A DNA stretch of 64,000 bases from a phage: sequence record PZ296772.1. The stretch is one strand, 5' to 3'. Shown piece by piece: positions 1 through 8,882 of this stretch (the first letter of the stretch is position 1; every line of letters begins with the position of its first letter). Under the pieces are notes generated by a model, which was not told the origin of the DNA, did not search any database, and was given only the letters and a program-made list of their open reading frames with translations. A program made the translations under genes and the position numbers.

Positions 1-24
1 ATCCGGCAACTGATATCACTGTAC

Positions 25-360
25 GTGGATATGGTATTAATGAGCCTATCCAATTGGTCGAATATGACCTTGCCACCGATGAGGAAATTCCTTATGTCGA
101 TTGAAGATATTAAAGGCTACAAGCCGCATACCGACGATAAAATCGGTAAAGTGAACGCTATTAAAGATGCAGAAGTCCGTCTTGGATTGTTGTTTGATGC
201 TCTGATTGAAGAAGCATATATCTTGAAAGAAAATGAAACAGAGCAACAAACCAAAGAAGATATGGATGCAGTACAGGCTCTTAAGTATGCTAAGCAACAT
301 CTAAAAGAAGCCAGCATGTGGGCCTGTCGTGCAGTATTTCGACCTGAGGAAAAATACTAA
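25..360 (+). CDS. hypothetical protein (start uncertain, may begin upstream)
   Basis: 111-aa ORF co-oriented with flanking early genes; no motif recognised. Confidence 0.35.
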   Translation: MDMVLMSLSNWSNMTLPPMRKFLMSIEDIKGYKPHTDDKIGKVNAIKDAEVRLGLLFDALIEEAYILKENETEQQTKEDMDAVQALKYAKQHLKEASMWACRAVFRPEEKY

Positions 361-575
361 TGGCTTCTACTATTACCGGGTTATTGGACTTTCAAGAAAA
401 AGTCAACAAAATTTGTAGTGAATACTTAAAGTATCTTGAAGAAGACCTTGAAGATTGTAAGGAAGAAGGCGAAGAAGACTATGCTGACCAACGTCGTCGC
501 CAAATCGAAGAGATGAGGCATTTCGCCAATATGGTATCTAAAGAATCTTGGGCTTTAACTCCATTTTATCAATAA
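360..575 (+). CDS. hypothetical acidic protein
   Basis: 71-aa ORF, start overlaps previous stop (taATGg). Confidence 0.4.
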   Translation: MASTITGLLDFQEKVNKICSEYLKYLEEDLEDCKEEGEEDYADQRRRQIEEMRHFANMVSKESWALTPFYQ

Positions 576-579
576 AGTA

Positions 580-628
580 GTTTACTTCTCCTCTAGTTGT
601 GTTACTATAGACATGTCAACTAGAGGAG
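580..628 (+). promoter_or_regulatory. early promoter-like cassette inside inverted repeat
   Basis: GTTTAC, 17-nt spacer, TACTAT; flanked by 12-bp inverted repeat ctcctctagttg/caactagaggag that includes the regB RBS. Confidence 0.5.
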
Positions 629-636
629 AAATCAAA

Positions 637-1095
637 ATGACTATCAATTCAGACGTTTTTATCCGCCGTAATAAACTCCGTCGAATCTTTGAAACGGAGT
701 TCCGCAAAATAAATGCCGGTATAAAAGATGCTGCAAAGTCTCTTGGGCTACCCGGCTTTCATATCAAGTATTCTCAACATCTCTTAGATCGTGCCATCCA
801 GAGAGAAATAGATGAGAATTACGTTTTTGAATTATTTCGTAAAGTAAAAAATCATGTTAAAGAAGTTGCAGAATTTTTATCAATGCCGGCACGTCCAGAT
901 GTTGATGAAGATTTTGTCGAAGGTGTCGAATATCGCCCGGGCCGTTTAGAAATAACTGATGGAAATCTTTGGTTAGGACTTACAGTTTGTCGCGAAAATC
1001 CAGCGTTCAAAATGAAGACTCTTCAATGCAGAATGGCTATTATTAACAGTAAACGACTACCAGGAAAAGCTTCTAAAGCAGTGATTAAAATCTAG
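637..1095 (+). CDS. regB: RegB sequence-specific endoribonuclease
   Basis: Start moved to ATG after GAGGAG RBS; ~153 aa; strong recalled similarity to T4 RegB (FIRRNKLRR, HLKYSQHLLDRAIQREIDE, RPGRLEITDGNLWLG, QCRMAIINS.RLPGKASKAVIK). Confidence 0.85.
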   Translation: MTINSDVFIRRNKLRRIFETEFRKINAGIKDAAKSLGLPGFHIKYSQHLLDRAIQREIDENYVFELFRKVKNHVKEVAEFLSMPARPDVDEDFVEGVEYRPGRLEITDGNLWLGLTVCRENPAFKMKTLQCRMAIINSKRLPGKASKAVIKI

Positions 1096-1103
1096 AGGTA
1101 AAC

Positions 1104-1646
1104 ATGAGAAAAGCACTACTCGCTGGTCTATTTGCTCTTTCATTATCAGCACATAGCTCCGAGCATACTTTTAGTAATGTCCAACTCGATAACTTGAATT
1201 ATGCTTATCAGTTTGGGGAGCAGTTTTCTAAGGATGGAAAATTTAAAACGCATGAAAATATGCATAAGAAAGGACTTGGATACATAATGGCCGCAATACT
1301 ATGGCAGGAATCATCTGCTGGTATTAATCTTAAAGATAAGAAAGGTCACCATGCGTATGGAATGTTCCAAAACTATCTACCAACAATGAGGGCAAGAATT
1401 AACCAGCTTGGTTATAATATGACTGATGCCCAAATTAAGAAAATGCTATCTAAGCGGTCTAATTCAACCAGATGGGCTTATATCGAATTTTCTTATTGGT
1501 TAAATATACATAACGGGGATATAAGAAAAGCTATATCCTCATACAATGCGGGATGGAAGACAAGTGCTGGAAGTAAATATGCTTCTGAAGTCCTAGAAAA
1601 GGCTAATTACCTTAAATCAAATAAACTACTGGAAATAAAAGAATGA
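1104..1646 (+). CDS. secreted lytic transglycosylase-like protein
   Basis: N-terminal signal peptide (MRKALLAGLFALSLSAHS); lysozyme-like/SLT motifs WQESS, YGMFQ, SYNAG. Confidence 0.5.
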   Translation: MRKALLAGLFALSLSAHSSEHTFSNVQLDNLNYAYQFGEQFSKDGKFKTHENMHKKGLGYIMAAILWQESSAGINLKDKKGHHAYGMFQNYLPTMRARINQLGYNMTDAQIKKMLSKRSNSTRWAYIEFSYWLNIHNGDIRKAISSYNAGWKTSAGSKYASEVLEKANYLKSNKLLEIKE

Positions 1647-1990
1647 CCAAAATGTTGGCTTTAATAGTTGGCTTGGTTTCATTTAACGCTCTTGCTAATA
1701 CTACATATACTGATGTAACGGAGTATACAAACAGAACGGCGTCTGATTATTGTGGTAAAAGTCAAGAGTGTAAAGTAGATTTTTCACAAAAATTGTTATA
1801 TGCGTATAAAGACGGAGAAAAAGATGGGGCGTCTAGTAGGTTCAAGGCGTCTACCTTAATTAAACGATATCATAAAAAATGGCAAATATTAGAATGCTCG
1901 GTGGCGGAACCTAAAGATAAGGCAGCATGCAATTCTATGGTAGACCGCCTAGTTGACTCTTATACTAGAGGACTTGCAGCAAGTGATTAA
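1643..1990 (+). CDS. secreted hypothetical protein
   Basis: Signal peptide MTKMLALIVGLVSFNALA; 115 aa; position matches T4 vs region (name not asserted). Confidence 0.45.
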   Translation: MTKMLALIVGLVSFNALANTTYTDVTEYTNRTASDYCGKSQECKVDFSQKLLYAYKDGEKDGASSRFKASTLIKRYHKKWQILECSVAEPKDKAACNSMVDRLVDSYTRGLAASD

Positions 1991-2450
1991 AAACTATATC
2001 AAGGGCGATATTGTCGCCCTGTTTTCTAAAGGTAATAATATTGCTCATGGGTGTAATTGTTTTCATACAATGGGCGCCGGTGTAGCAGGACAATTAGCAA
2101 AGGCTTATCCAAAAATTCTGGAAGCCGATAAACTTCAAACTGTATATGGAGATGAGTCTAAACTCGGGACTTATTCAGTTTATGAAAAATATTTTAAGAC
2201 CCATAAAGCTTATTGCTTTAATCTTTATACACAGTTTGAGCCGGGACCTAATTTTGAGTGCTCTGCTTTAATGAATTGTATAATAGAATTAAATGAATTC
2301 GGAAAGAATAAGATAACAAAGCCTGTAATTTATATGCCAAGAATTGGTGCAGGTATCGGTGGTGGAAACTGGGATGTCATCGAAGAGATTTTAGATACAT
2401 ATTCCACTAAACTAGAAATTGTGATTGTTGATTGGGAACCATTGTTATGA
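1983..2450 (+). CDS. macro domain protein (ADP-ribose binding/hydrolase-like); start uncertain (GTG 1983 or TTG 1953)
   Basis: Macro-domain signature GDIVALFSKGNNIAHGCNCFHTMGAGVAGQLAKAYP (cf. GDIT..DAIVNAAN..GGGVAGAI) and PRIGAGIGGGNWDVI. Confidence 0.5.
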   Translation: MIKNYIKGDIVALFSKGNNIAHGCNCFHTMGAGVAGQLAKAYPKILEADKLQTVYGDESKLGTYSVYEKYFKTHKAYCFNLYTQFEPGPNFECSALMNCIIELNEFGKNKITKPVIYMPRIGAGIGGGNWDVIEEILDTYSTKLEIVIVDWEPLL

Positions 2451-2659
2451 ATATACACTATCCACATCCATATGACCCAAAGAATAAGACAGTAATTATT
2501 CGTCAATGGGAACGCATTTGTCGTACTAAATGTCCAATTAATAGTCCACATGATGTAGATAAAGACTACATCGGAACATTCGTTGAATATACCTTTATTG
2601 ATAAGAAAGGCCGTAAACAACATGTAGAAGAATATTGCTTAAAGGTGACATGGCTATGA
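2432..2659 (+). CDS. hypothetical protein
   Basis: 75-aa ORF, start overlaps upstream stop. Confidence 0.4.
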   Translation: MGTIVMNIHYPHPYDPKNKTVIIRQWERICRTKCPINSPHDVDKDYIGTFVEYTFIDKKGRKQHVEEYCLKVTWL

Positions 2660-2862
2660 GTCAAACAAAAATTCTTACAGGTGCTAAATGCGAAAAATGC
2701 GAATGGCCTGTAGTTTTTGCTTTATGCAATGACGAAATGGCTTGTGATTTTGATTATTGGTGTTACTGTTCGAACAAAGGTTGTAGCAATCATAAAGGTG
2801 AAGGGTTTTACTCAGGATTTTACCCTTACCCGGATTTCGTTAAAGAAGGTGAACCTAAATGA
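2635..2862 (+). CDS. hypothetical Cys-rich protein
   Basis: CEKCEW..C..C..C.C...C pattern, possible zinc-binding. Confidence 0.4.
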   Translation: MLKGDMAMSQTKILTGAKCEKCEWPVVFALCNDEMACDFDYWCYCSNKGCSNHKGEGFYSGFYPYPDFVKEGEPK

Positions 2863-3041
2863 AATTGACTAAAGAAGAGAAAACTAAACTGTTCGAACTT
2901 ATCCATGACCTATTGGATGAACAAGCAGCCACCAGTGCGTATGATGAATACGCTCCTTTGACAGACGAAGAATATCAAGCATTGATGGAATCATTTGACA
3001 GGAAAGAACAAGAACTCATTGACTATGTGAATTCACTATAA
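2859..3041 (+). CDS. hypothetical acidic protein
   Basis: 60-aa ORF, coupled start (aATGa). Confidence 0.4.
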   Translation: MKLTKEEKTKLFELIHDLLDEQAATSAYDEYAPLTDEEYQALMESFDRKEQELIDYVNSL

Positions 3042-3050
3042 GGGACTCTT

Positions 3051-3632
3051 ATGGCTAGTTTAATTTTTACATATGCAGCAATGAACGCAGGTAAGTCTGC
3101 TTCATTACTTACTGCCGCACATAACTATAAAGAACGTGGCATGGGTGTATTAGTTCTTAAACCGGCTATTGATACTCGTGATTCAAAAGGTGAAATAGTC
3201 TCTCGCATTGGTATTCGTCAGGATGCCAATATAATTACAAAAGACATGGATATCTTTGAATTTTATAAATGGGCTGCAGCACAAAAGGATATTCACTGTG
3301 TATTTGTTGACGAAGCTCAGTTCTTAACTACTGAAAAGGTGTATCAACTTAGTCGTATTGTTGACGTATACAATGTGCCGGTAATGGCATATGGACTACG
3401 AACAGATTTTAAAGGTAATCTATTTGAAGGTTCTCAAGCATTAATGGCTATCGCCGATAAGCTTGTTGAACTTAAAGGTGTCTGTCATTGCGGTAAAAAG
3501 GCCACAATGGTAGCTAGAGTCGCGGAAGACGGACTTCCAATTACAGATGGCAGTCAAATTGAAATTGGTGATACTGATAGATATGTGTCATTATGCCGGA
3601 AGCATTGGAATGATTTGACAGGGTTGTTATAA
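3051..3632 (+). CDS. tk: thymidine kinase
   Basis: 193 aa; P-loop AAMNAGKSASLL; TK motifs VFVDEAQF and C-terminal zinc ribbon CHCGKKAT...CRKHW; matches recalled T4 Tk. Confidence 0.9.
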   Translation: MASLIFTYAAMNAGKSASLLTAAHNYKERGMGVLVLKPAIDTRDSKGEIVSRIGIRQDANIITKDMDIFEFYKWAAAQKDIHCVFVDEAQFLTTEKVYQLSRIVDVYNVPVMAYGLRTDFKGNLFEGSQALMAIADKLVELKGVCHCGKKATMVARVAEDGLPITDGSQIEIGDTDRYVSLCRKHWNDLTGLL

Positions 3633-3659
3633 ATACTAATATCTAACCAAGAGGTATAT

Positions 3660-3872
3660 ATGCAGCAATTAAACGAAAGACAACTTCGTAATCTTACTGT
3701 AACCCAATTGGATGAAATCCGAAGAGAATTAGGACATTCTATTTCTCATTTAAACGAGGATATCCGTCAAACTGGTTCTAAAGCTGATTATACACGCAAG
3801 CGCAAGCTGGAAAAATACCTCGCAGATGTTAAGGCCGTCCAAAGGCGAAAAATAAATACTGGCCAAAATTAA
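3660..3872 (+). CDS. hypothetical protein
   Basis: 70-aa ORF with GAGG RBS. Confidence 0.45.
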   Translation: MQQLNERQLRNLTVTQLDEIRRELGHSISHLNEDIRQTGSKADYTRKRKLEKYLADVKAVQRRKINTGQN

Positions 3873-3884
3873 CAGGAGGCCTAT

Positions 3885-4187
3885 ATGGCCTTAAGAGCGA
3901 TAGCCATTGTGGCGATGCTGGGGTTTTTTGCAGCAACGACTCCTATTGTTGGCACTGCATATGTTGACCCGTACTTTGATAACTTTATGGAATCAGGGAT
4001 TAAAAACGTATATACTTTGTTCGAAATTCAAAATGTCGAGAATTCTGAAAAATTCTATAAGTATATGGCAAAGCATTACAAAAATAGCCCCTGTGATGAT
4101 GCATTTGAATGCCAGGAACAAGGCATAAAAACTGCCAGACAATTTGCCGAGTTCATGAAAATAAAATTAGAGCCTACATCTATCTAA
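3885..4187 (+). CDS. rI: lysis inhibition regulator RI
   Basis: Signal-anchor MALRAIAIVAMLGFF; recalled similarity to T4 RI (VDP.FD.FMESGI..VY.LFE, NIKLE). Confidence 0.7.
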   Translation: MALRAIAIVAMLGFFAATTPIVGTAYVDPYFDNFMESGIKNVYTLFEIQNVENSEKFYKYMAKHYKNSPCDDAFECQEQGIKTARQFAEFMKIKLEPTSI

Positions 4188-4219
4188 TCAAAGCCCCTTC
4201 CGAAAGGTTGGGGCTTTTT
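4185..4219 (+). terminator. rho-independent terminator (copy 1 of 35-bp direct repeat)
   Basis: Stem aagcccc/ggggctt, 12-nt loop, T5 run; identical sequence recurs at 4808..4842. Confidence 0.6.
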
Positions 4220-4220
4220 G

Positions 4221-4228
4221 TATAAATA
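4221..4228 (+). promoter_or_regulatory. T4-type late promoter TATAAATA
   Basis: Exact TATAAATA about 25 nt upstream of the 4253 ATG. Confidence 0.45.
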
Positions 4229-4252
4229 TCCTTGTAAACTAAGAGAGGATAT

Positions 4253-4810
4253 ATGAAATTTTTAAAATACATAAGTTGGGTTGTTCTTGTTCCTATAGAT
4301 TGGATCGCAGCGATTTTAGCAATTATTCTAGCACCATTTGTAGTTCCATTCCATAGTGAAAAAACAGGTAAACTACCTTATGGCTTTGACTGGATGATGA
4401 CTTACGATAATCCTATCGATGGTGACCGTGGTCATGTTGAACGTTGGTCTAAAATACGTAAAATTCCTGTTATAGGTAAATATGCTCAACGCGTAGCTTG
4501 GTTATGGCGCAACAAAGCATATAATTTTTCGTATCATGTTTTAGGTCGCGAAGCTTCATCAGAATGGCACTATAAAGGCAACGCTGAAACTAAATCTGGA
4601 TCTCCTGATCCGGCACATCATGGATATCTTTTAGTTTGGAACGAGTCTGCATGGGGATTATTCGCTGCTATACCTTATCTTAAGGTTGGTGGTATTACAT
4701 TTTATCTGCGTGTTTACTGTGGTTGGAAACTTAAGAGTCTTTTGAGTCGTCCTATTCCACGCGCAATGCTTTCATTCCATATCAACCCTTTACGATATTA
4801 CAAAAACTAA
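4253..4810 (+). CDS. membrane protein
   Basis: 185 aa; N-terminal transmembrane segment; flanked by identical terminators. Confidence 0.55.
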   Translation: MKFLKYISWVVLVPIDWIAAILAIILAPFVVPFHSEKTGKLPYGFDWMMTYDNPIDGDRGHVERWSKIRKIPVIGKYAQRVAWLWRNKAYNFSYHVLGREASSEWHYKGNAETKSGSPDPAHHGYLLVWNESAWGLFAAIPYLKVGGITFYLRVYCGWKLKSLLSRPIPRAMLSFHINPLRYYKN

Positions 4811-4842
4811 TCAAAGCCCCTTCCGAAAGGTTGGGGCTTTTT
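4808..4842 (+). terminator. rho-independent terminator (copy 2 of 35-bp direct repeat)
   Basis: Same hairpin and T-run as 4185..4219. Confidence 0.6.
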
Positions 4843-4853
4843 TGCATTTAACA

Positions 4854-4905
4854 GTTTACTTCTCCTCAGGTTGTGTTATAGTAGACCTTACTTACTAGAG
4901 GAGAA
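4854..4905 (+). promoter_or_regulatory. early promoter-like cassette
   Basis: GTTTAC, 17 nt, TATAGT; flanking tctcctc/gaggaga inverted repeat. Confidence 0.5.
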
Positions 4906-4909
4906 CGTT

Positions 4910-5089
4910 ATGTCACGTAAAGAAAAAATTTCTAAGTTAATGTTTTTGATTGAAGAGTATGCTAACGCTGTATCTGATTGGGAAAATGCCCATGGGTGTG
5001 AAGACGGTGATATCGACATTAACAGAGCTATGAAAAAGATGGCTGATACGCACACCGAATTGCAAATGTATGTTAACGAGATTATGTGA
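4910..5089 (+). CDS. hypothetical protein
   Basis: Start moved to ATG after GAGGAG RBS; 59 aa. Confidence 0.45.
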   Translation: MSRKEKISKLMFLIEEYANAVSDWENAHGCEDGDIDINRAMKKMADTHTELQMYVNEIM

Positions 5090-5096
5090 GGATATT

Positions 5097-5303
5097 ATGC
5101 TTTACGATTATACTGGAAAATCTGAAGACGGTGTACTTGAACTTTTACCTGAAAGCGCTGAAGATGATGATACGGTGGTGATGTTTTGTAAAAATGGTCC
5201 TGGGGATAAGGGATGGATTTATCTTCGTCAAGAAAATGACTTAATTGTTTTGGACCCTAAACAAGTTGAAGAACTTTATCAACATTTAAAACACAATCGG
5301 TAG
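5097..5303 (+). CDS. hypothetical acidic protein
   Basis: Start at internal ATG with GAGGA RBS. Confidence 0.45.
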   Translation: MLYDYTGKSEDGVLELLPESAEDDDTVVMFCKNGPGDKGWIYLRQENDLIVLDPKQVEELYQHLKHNR

Positions 5304-5341
5304 TTTACATCTTGGTAGGACTGTGTTATAGTAGTCCTACC
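5303..5341 (+). promoter_or_regulatory. early promoter-like cassette inside inverted repeat
   Basis: GTTTAC ... gtgTTATAGT flanked by perfect 9-bp inverted repeat ggtaggact/agtcctacc. Confidence 0.5.
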
Positions 5342-5469
5342 AAAAACAAATGGAGAACAAAATGAAACTTTTGCTTATCGCTTATGTTGTAGTACAATAC
5401 AATTATCCAATGTTTACTTATAACATGGTAAACGGCATAGTGAATCTTATTGAAGCGAGTATGGTAAAA

Positions 5470-5649
5470 TGACCCGTGAACAAGCTAATAAATTGATGGA
5501 CCTTATCCGTGACTTACGTGAAGCCGATTCAGATTTGAATGATGTAGCTTATCACGCGGTAAATGATAACGTAGACTTTTATGAAAATCAGGTTGATGCT
5601 TGTCAGAATGATTTGGTGAATTTTGTTGAAACTTTAATTGGTGAATAAT
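5470..5649 (+). CDS. hypothetical small protein (below the ORF-track threshold)
   Basis: 59-aa ORF MTREQANKLMDLIRDLREADSDL... filling the gap before 5650. Confidence 0.3.
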
Positions 5650-6180
5650 ATGAAAACTGTAATTGAAACGACTGAGTTGTTTGGTGATTTATGTATTGAA
5701 AAACGCGGGTATGCTTACGTTCTGACACAAGAAGATGATGCGGTTACTATTCTTCCTATGGAACTGGACAAGATTTTGAAACTCAATCCACCAGGCCATG
5801 CATCTGTAATTAACATTAACGAAGACCTTCAAGTTAGTTTTTATCATGGACTTTATAGTGGGGTTAATATCGAAACAGAAGACGAATGTTTTTCTATTAA
5901 TAATTGGAAAACATTCGTCACTAAAGTGAAAGAATTCATGGAATCTGAAACAGCCAAAAAGGCCAAACTTCAATGGGCTAAATGCCGTAATGCTTTTATT
6001 ACAAATCCGGACAACCCTGACTATACAACAGTCCTGAGTGTTAATCCTTCTTATGAAGATGGTGATGTTGTAGTTATTCGCCAAATTGATGACCTTCGTC
6101 AACATATCGTTGCATTAGACAAAGATGAAGCAGTTGCTCTTAAAGCTTATCTTGATTCTATTATCCCAACTTTGAAATAA
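5650..6180 (+). CDS. hypothetical protein
   Basis: Start moved to ATG after GGTGA; 176 aa. Confidence 0.5.
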   Translation: MKTVIETTELFGDLCIEKRGYAYVLTQEDDAVTILPMELDKILKLNPPGHASVININEDLQVSFYHGLYSGVNIETEDECFSINNWKTFVTKVKEFMESETAKKAKLQWAKCRNAFITNPDNPDYTTVLSVNPSYEDGDVVVIRQIDDLRQHIVALDKDEAVALKAYLDSIIPTLK

Positions 6181-6189
6181 GGAATTATT

Positions 6190-6663
6190 ATGATTATCAA
6201 TGAAAACTCTTGGCACTATAAAATTTATGCCGCATTCAATAGTACATGGAATCGTCCGAAAACATTATGTGCTTATTTTTGGAAAACGTTTATTCCGGTA
6301 TTAGCTGTTTCGATTATTGGATTTGCGATTTTAGCAGCAGCCACAATCATTGGCCAGGAAATTTTAACTAAATTCTTTGTTTTTAGCAGTCTATGGACAT
6401 TAGTTCCAGCCTCAATTGGTATAGGCATTTTAACAATATCAGTAATGGTTCTTATTGCTGTCGGGGCGGTAATTGGTCCATCTTGGTTGTTAGACAAATA
6501 TAACGACAGAAAATATTATAAAGAAATTGAGCTCATTGCACAAAACCAAGAACGAATTAAAAATGGACTTGGGCCTATTGAACGTAAGAAATCATTAATA
6601 GGTGAATACCTTAAAGCTCGTAAAGAAAAAGTCTGTCCTACCCTTGAATATAAGGCTAAATGA
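6190..6663 (+). CDS. membrane protein
   Basis: Two or three predicted transmembrane segments. Confidence 0.5.
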   Translation: MIINENSWHYKIYAAFNSTWNRPKTLCAYFWKTFIPVLAVSIIGFAILAAATIIGQEILTKFFVFSSLWTLVPASIGIGILTISVMVLIAVGAVIGPSWLLDKYNDRKYYKEIELIAQNQERIKNGLGPIERKKSLIGEYLKARKEKVCPTLEYKAK

Positions 6664-7649
6664 TGAAAACAATTATGAAAGGCTACTTTGGTAGCCACCT
6701 TTATGGAACGTCTACTCCTGAATCTGACGTCGATTTTAAAGAAATTTATGTCCCTCACGCTCGTGATATCTTGACCGGTAATGTTAAAGAACACATGAGC
6801 AAGAACACGAATAACACATCATCTAAAAACACTAAAGATGATATTGACCACGAGTTGTATAGTCTCAAATATTTCTTTAAACTAGCTGCAGATGGTGAAA
6901 CCGTCGCATTAGATATGCTTCACACTCCACCAAGTCTAGTAGTTAAATCTGATTTGCCTGATGTATGGAAGTATATTCAAGATAACAGGTCTCGTTTCTA
7001 TACCACTAACATGAAATCTTATTTAGGGTACGTCCGTAAGCAAGCTTCTAAATACGGTGTCAAGGGTTCTCGTCTGGCTGTTCTCCGCCAAGCCCTTAAA
7101 CGTTCTAATGAATGGGGACAATACTTTGATAATGGTGCAGTAATTCGTTTATCACATATGAAGAATGTTCTGCCTGTAGGTGAATTTGCTTCATGGGTTG
7201 AAACTGAAAACGAGAAAACAGGTAAGCAAACATTCTATAGTCTGTTGGACCGTAAATTCCAAGATACGTTAACCAATAAAGAGTTCAATGCCATCCTGGT
7301 TAAACTTGAAGAGAACTACGGTGAACGTGCTCGTAAGGCAGAAGCCAATGAAGGTATTGATTGGAAAGCATTGAGTCATGCATGCCGTGGTGGACTTCAG
7401 CTCTTAGAAATTTACAAAACCGGCGACCTGGTTTACCCGCTTAAGGATGCTCCATTTATTCTCGATGTTAAGCTTGGTAAACATACATTTAAAACTGTAC
7501 AAGAATTCCTAGAAGATATCGTTGACCAAGTTGAACATGCGGCAGAACAAGCTGCTAAGAACGGTATGCAGCAAAAAGTAGATATGAGTTTCTGGGATGA
7601 CTTCCTTGAGCAAGTCTACTTAGAAAACCACAATTCATACTATAAATGA
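6660..7649 (+). CDS. Pol-beta-superfamily nucleotidyltransferase-like protein
   Basis: N-terminal minimal nucleotidyltransferase motif YFGSHLYGTSTPESDVDF (GS...[DE]xD). Confidence 0.5.
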   Translation: MMKTIMKGYFGSHLYGTSTPESDVDFKEIYVPHARDILTGNVKEHMSKNTNNTSSKNTKDDIDHELYSLKYFFKLAADGETVALDMLHTPPSLVVKSDLPDVWKYIQDNRSRFYTTNMKSYLGYVRKQASKYGVKGSRLAVLRQALKRSNEWGQYFDNGAVIRLSHMKNVLPVGEFASWVETENEKTGKQTFYSLLDRKFQDTLTNKEFNAILVKLEENYGERARKAEANEGIDWKALSHACRGGLQLLEIYKTGDLVYPLKDAPFILDVKLGKHTFKTVQEFLEDIVDQVEHAAEQAAKNGMQQKVDMSFWDDFLEQVYLENHNSYYK

Positions 7650-7651
7650 TA

Positions 7652-7670
7652 AGGGCCTTCGGGCCCTTTA
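7652..7670 (+). terminator. terminator-like hairpin
   Basis: agggcc-TTCG-ggccct stem-loop followed by ttt. Confidence 0.4.
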
Positions 7671-7696
7671 GGGGGTCAAAATATTTTTAAAAAGTA

Positions 7697-7733
7697 GTGT
7701 ACATGCTTTTAGGATATGTTATTATAGACCTAT
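7697..7733 (+). promoter_or_regulatory. early promoter-like
   Basis: GTGTAC ... gtTATTATagacctat, same -10 context as other cassettes. Confidence 0.4.
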
Positions 7734-7742
7734 CGAAACGAA

Positions 7743-8744
7743 ATGAGTAAATTGGAGAATAAAATGTTCAACGTTCAAATCAAAAAAGGTATCTATCGTA
7801 ATAACGAAATCTCCGGTTCTTATGTTGCCACAAAGACCTGGTTCCCGGCAAAGCTTAATCCTGAATGTTCCCACTTAGGTGACGGTAAAATTTTCGTTAT
7901 GATTGATGGTTCTGAACGTGGAGTATGGGTCTTCAAATCAGATATCGTAATGGAAGGAGCTGAGACATCACCAGTTGCAGTTGTTGAAAGCACTGAAGAT
8001 ATGAAAACTCGTATCAACAAACGCTTTAAAGTAATGAACATGATGACGAATGGCATTATCGATGGCAAAATTCGTTCACTCATTATTTCAGGTGCAGCCG
8101 GTATTGGTAAGACGTATTCTCTGGATAGAGCGCTTAATAATGCTAATGATAACGGTTTCATCAAATACAAAAGCATTAATGGTAAAATCTCAGGTATTGG
8201 CCTTTACGAACAACTTTGGCTCAACCGTGATGCAGACAGCGTTCTCTTAATCGACGACGTTGACGTATTCTCGGATATGGATATCTTGAACCTTCTTAAA
8301 GCAGCATTAGATACTGGTGATAAACGCAAAGTTTGCTGGAGCACTGCATCATCTTATCTTGATGATAAGGGTATTGATAAAGAATTTGAGTTTGAAGGTA
8401 CTATCGTTTTCATTACAAACGTTGATATCGATAAAGAGTTAGAACGTGGTTCGAAACTTGCTCCACACCTTCAAGCTTTAGTATCTCGTTCAGTGTATCT
8501 TGACCTTGGAGTACACTCTAATGAAGAGATTATGGTTCGAGTTGAAGATGTAATATTATCTACTGACATGATGCAGAAACGTGGTCTGACGGATGCAGAA
8601 ACGTATAAAGCATTGTCCTGGATGAAGGCTAACATATCTCGTCTTCGCAATGTGTCATTACGTACGGCTCTTTATGTAGCAGATTTTATTTCAACTGATA
8701 AAGATGGTTGGGAGGAAATCTCTGAAGTAACTTTACTGAAATAA
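7743..8744 (+). CDS. AAA+/P-loop ATPase
   Basis: Walker A ISGAAGIGKTYSL and Walker B VLLIDDVD. Confidence 0.55.
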   Translation: MSKLENKMFNVQIKKGIYRNNEISGSYVATKTWFPAKLNPECSHLGDGKIFVMIDGSERGVWVFKSDIVMEGAETSPVAVVESTEDMKTRINKRFKVMNMMTNGIIDGKIRSLIISGAAGIGKTYSLDRALNNANDNGFIKYKSINGKISGIGLYEQLWLNRDADSVLLIDDVDVFSDMDILNLLKAALDTGDKRKVCWSTASSYLDDKGIDKEFEFEGTIVFITNVDIDKELERGSKLAPHLQALVSRSVYLDLGVHSNEEIMVRVEDVILSTDMMQKRGLTDAETYKALSWMKANISRLRNVSLRTALYVADFISTDKDGWEEISEVTLLK

Positions 8745-8882
8745 GCTTATAGGAAGTTCTGAGGTAACAAAAGCCATAAAGATGAATAATCATATGGCTT
8801 ACCTCAAAGAAGGACACCAGGAACCTACTGAGGGCATAGAAATATTTAAAAATAATGATGTACAAATCAAAGAGGATATGTT

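Noticed and set aside
1104-1646. Endolysin (T4 e lysozyme)
   Set aside because: The protein has a signal peptide and lytic-transglycosylase-type motifs, not the T4 lysozyme sequence, and T4 e maps outside this interval.
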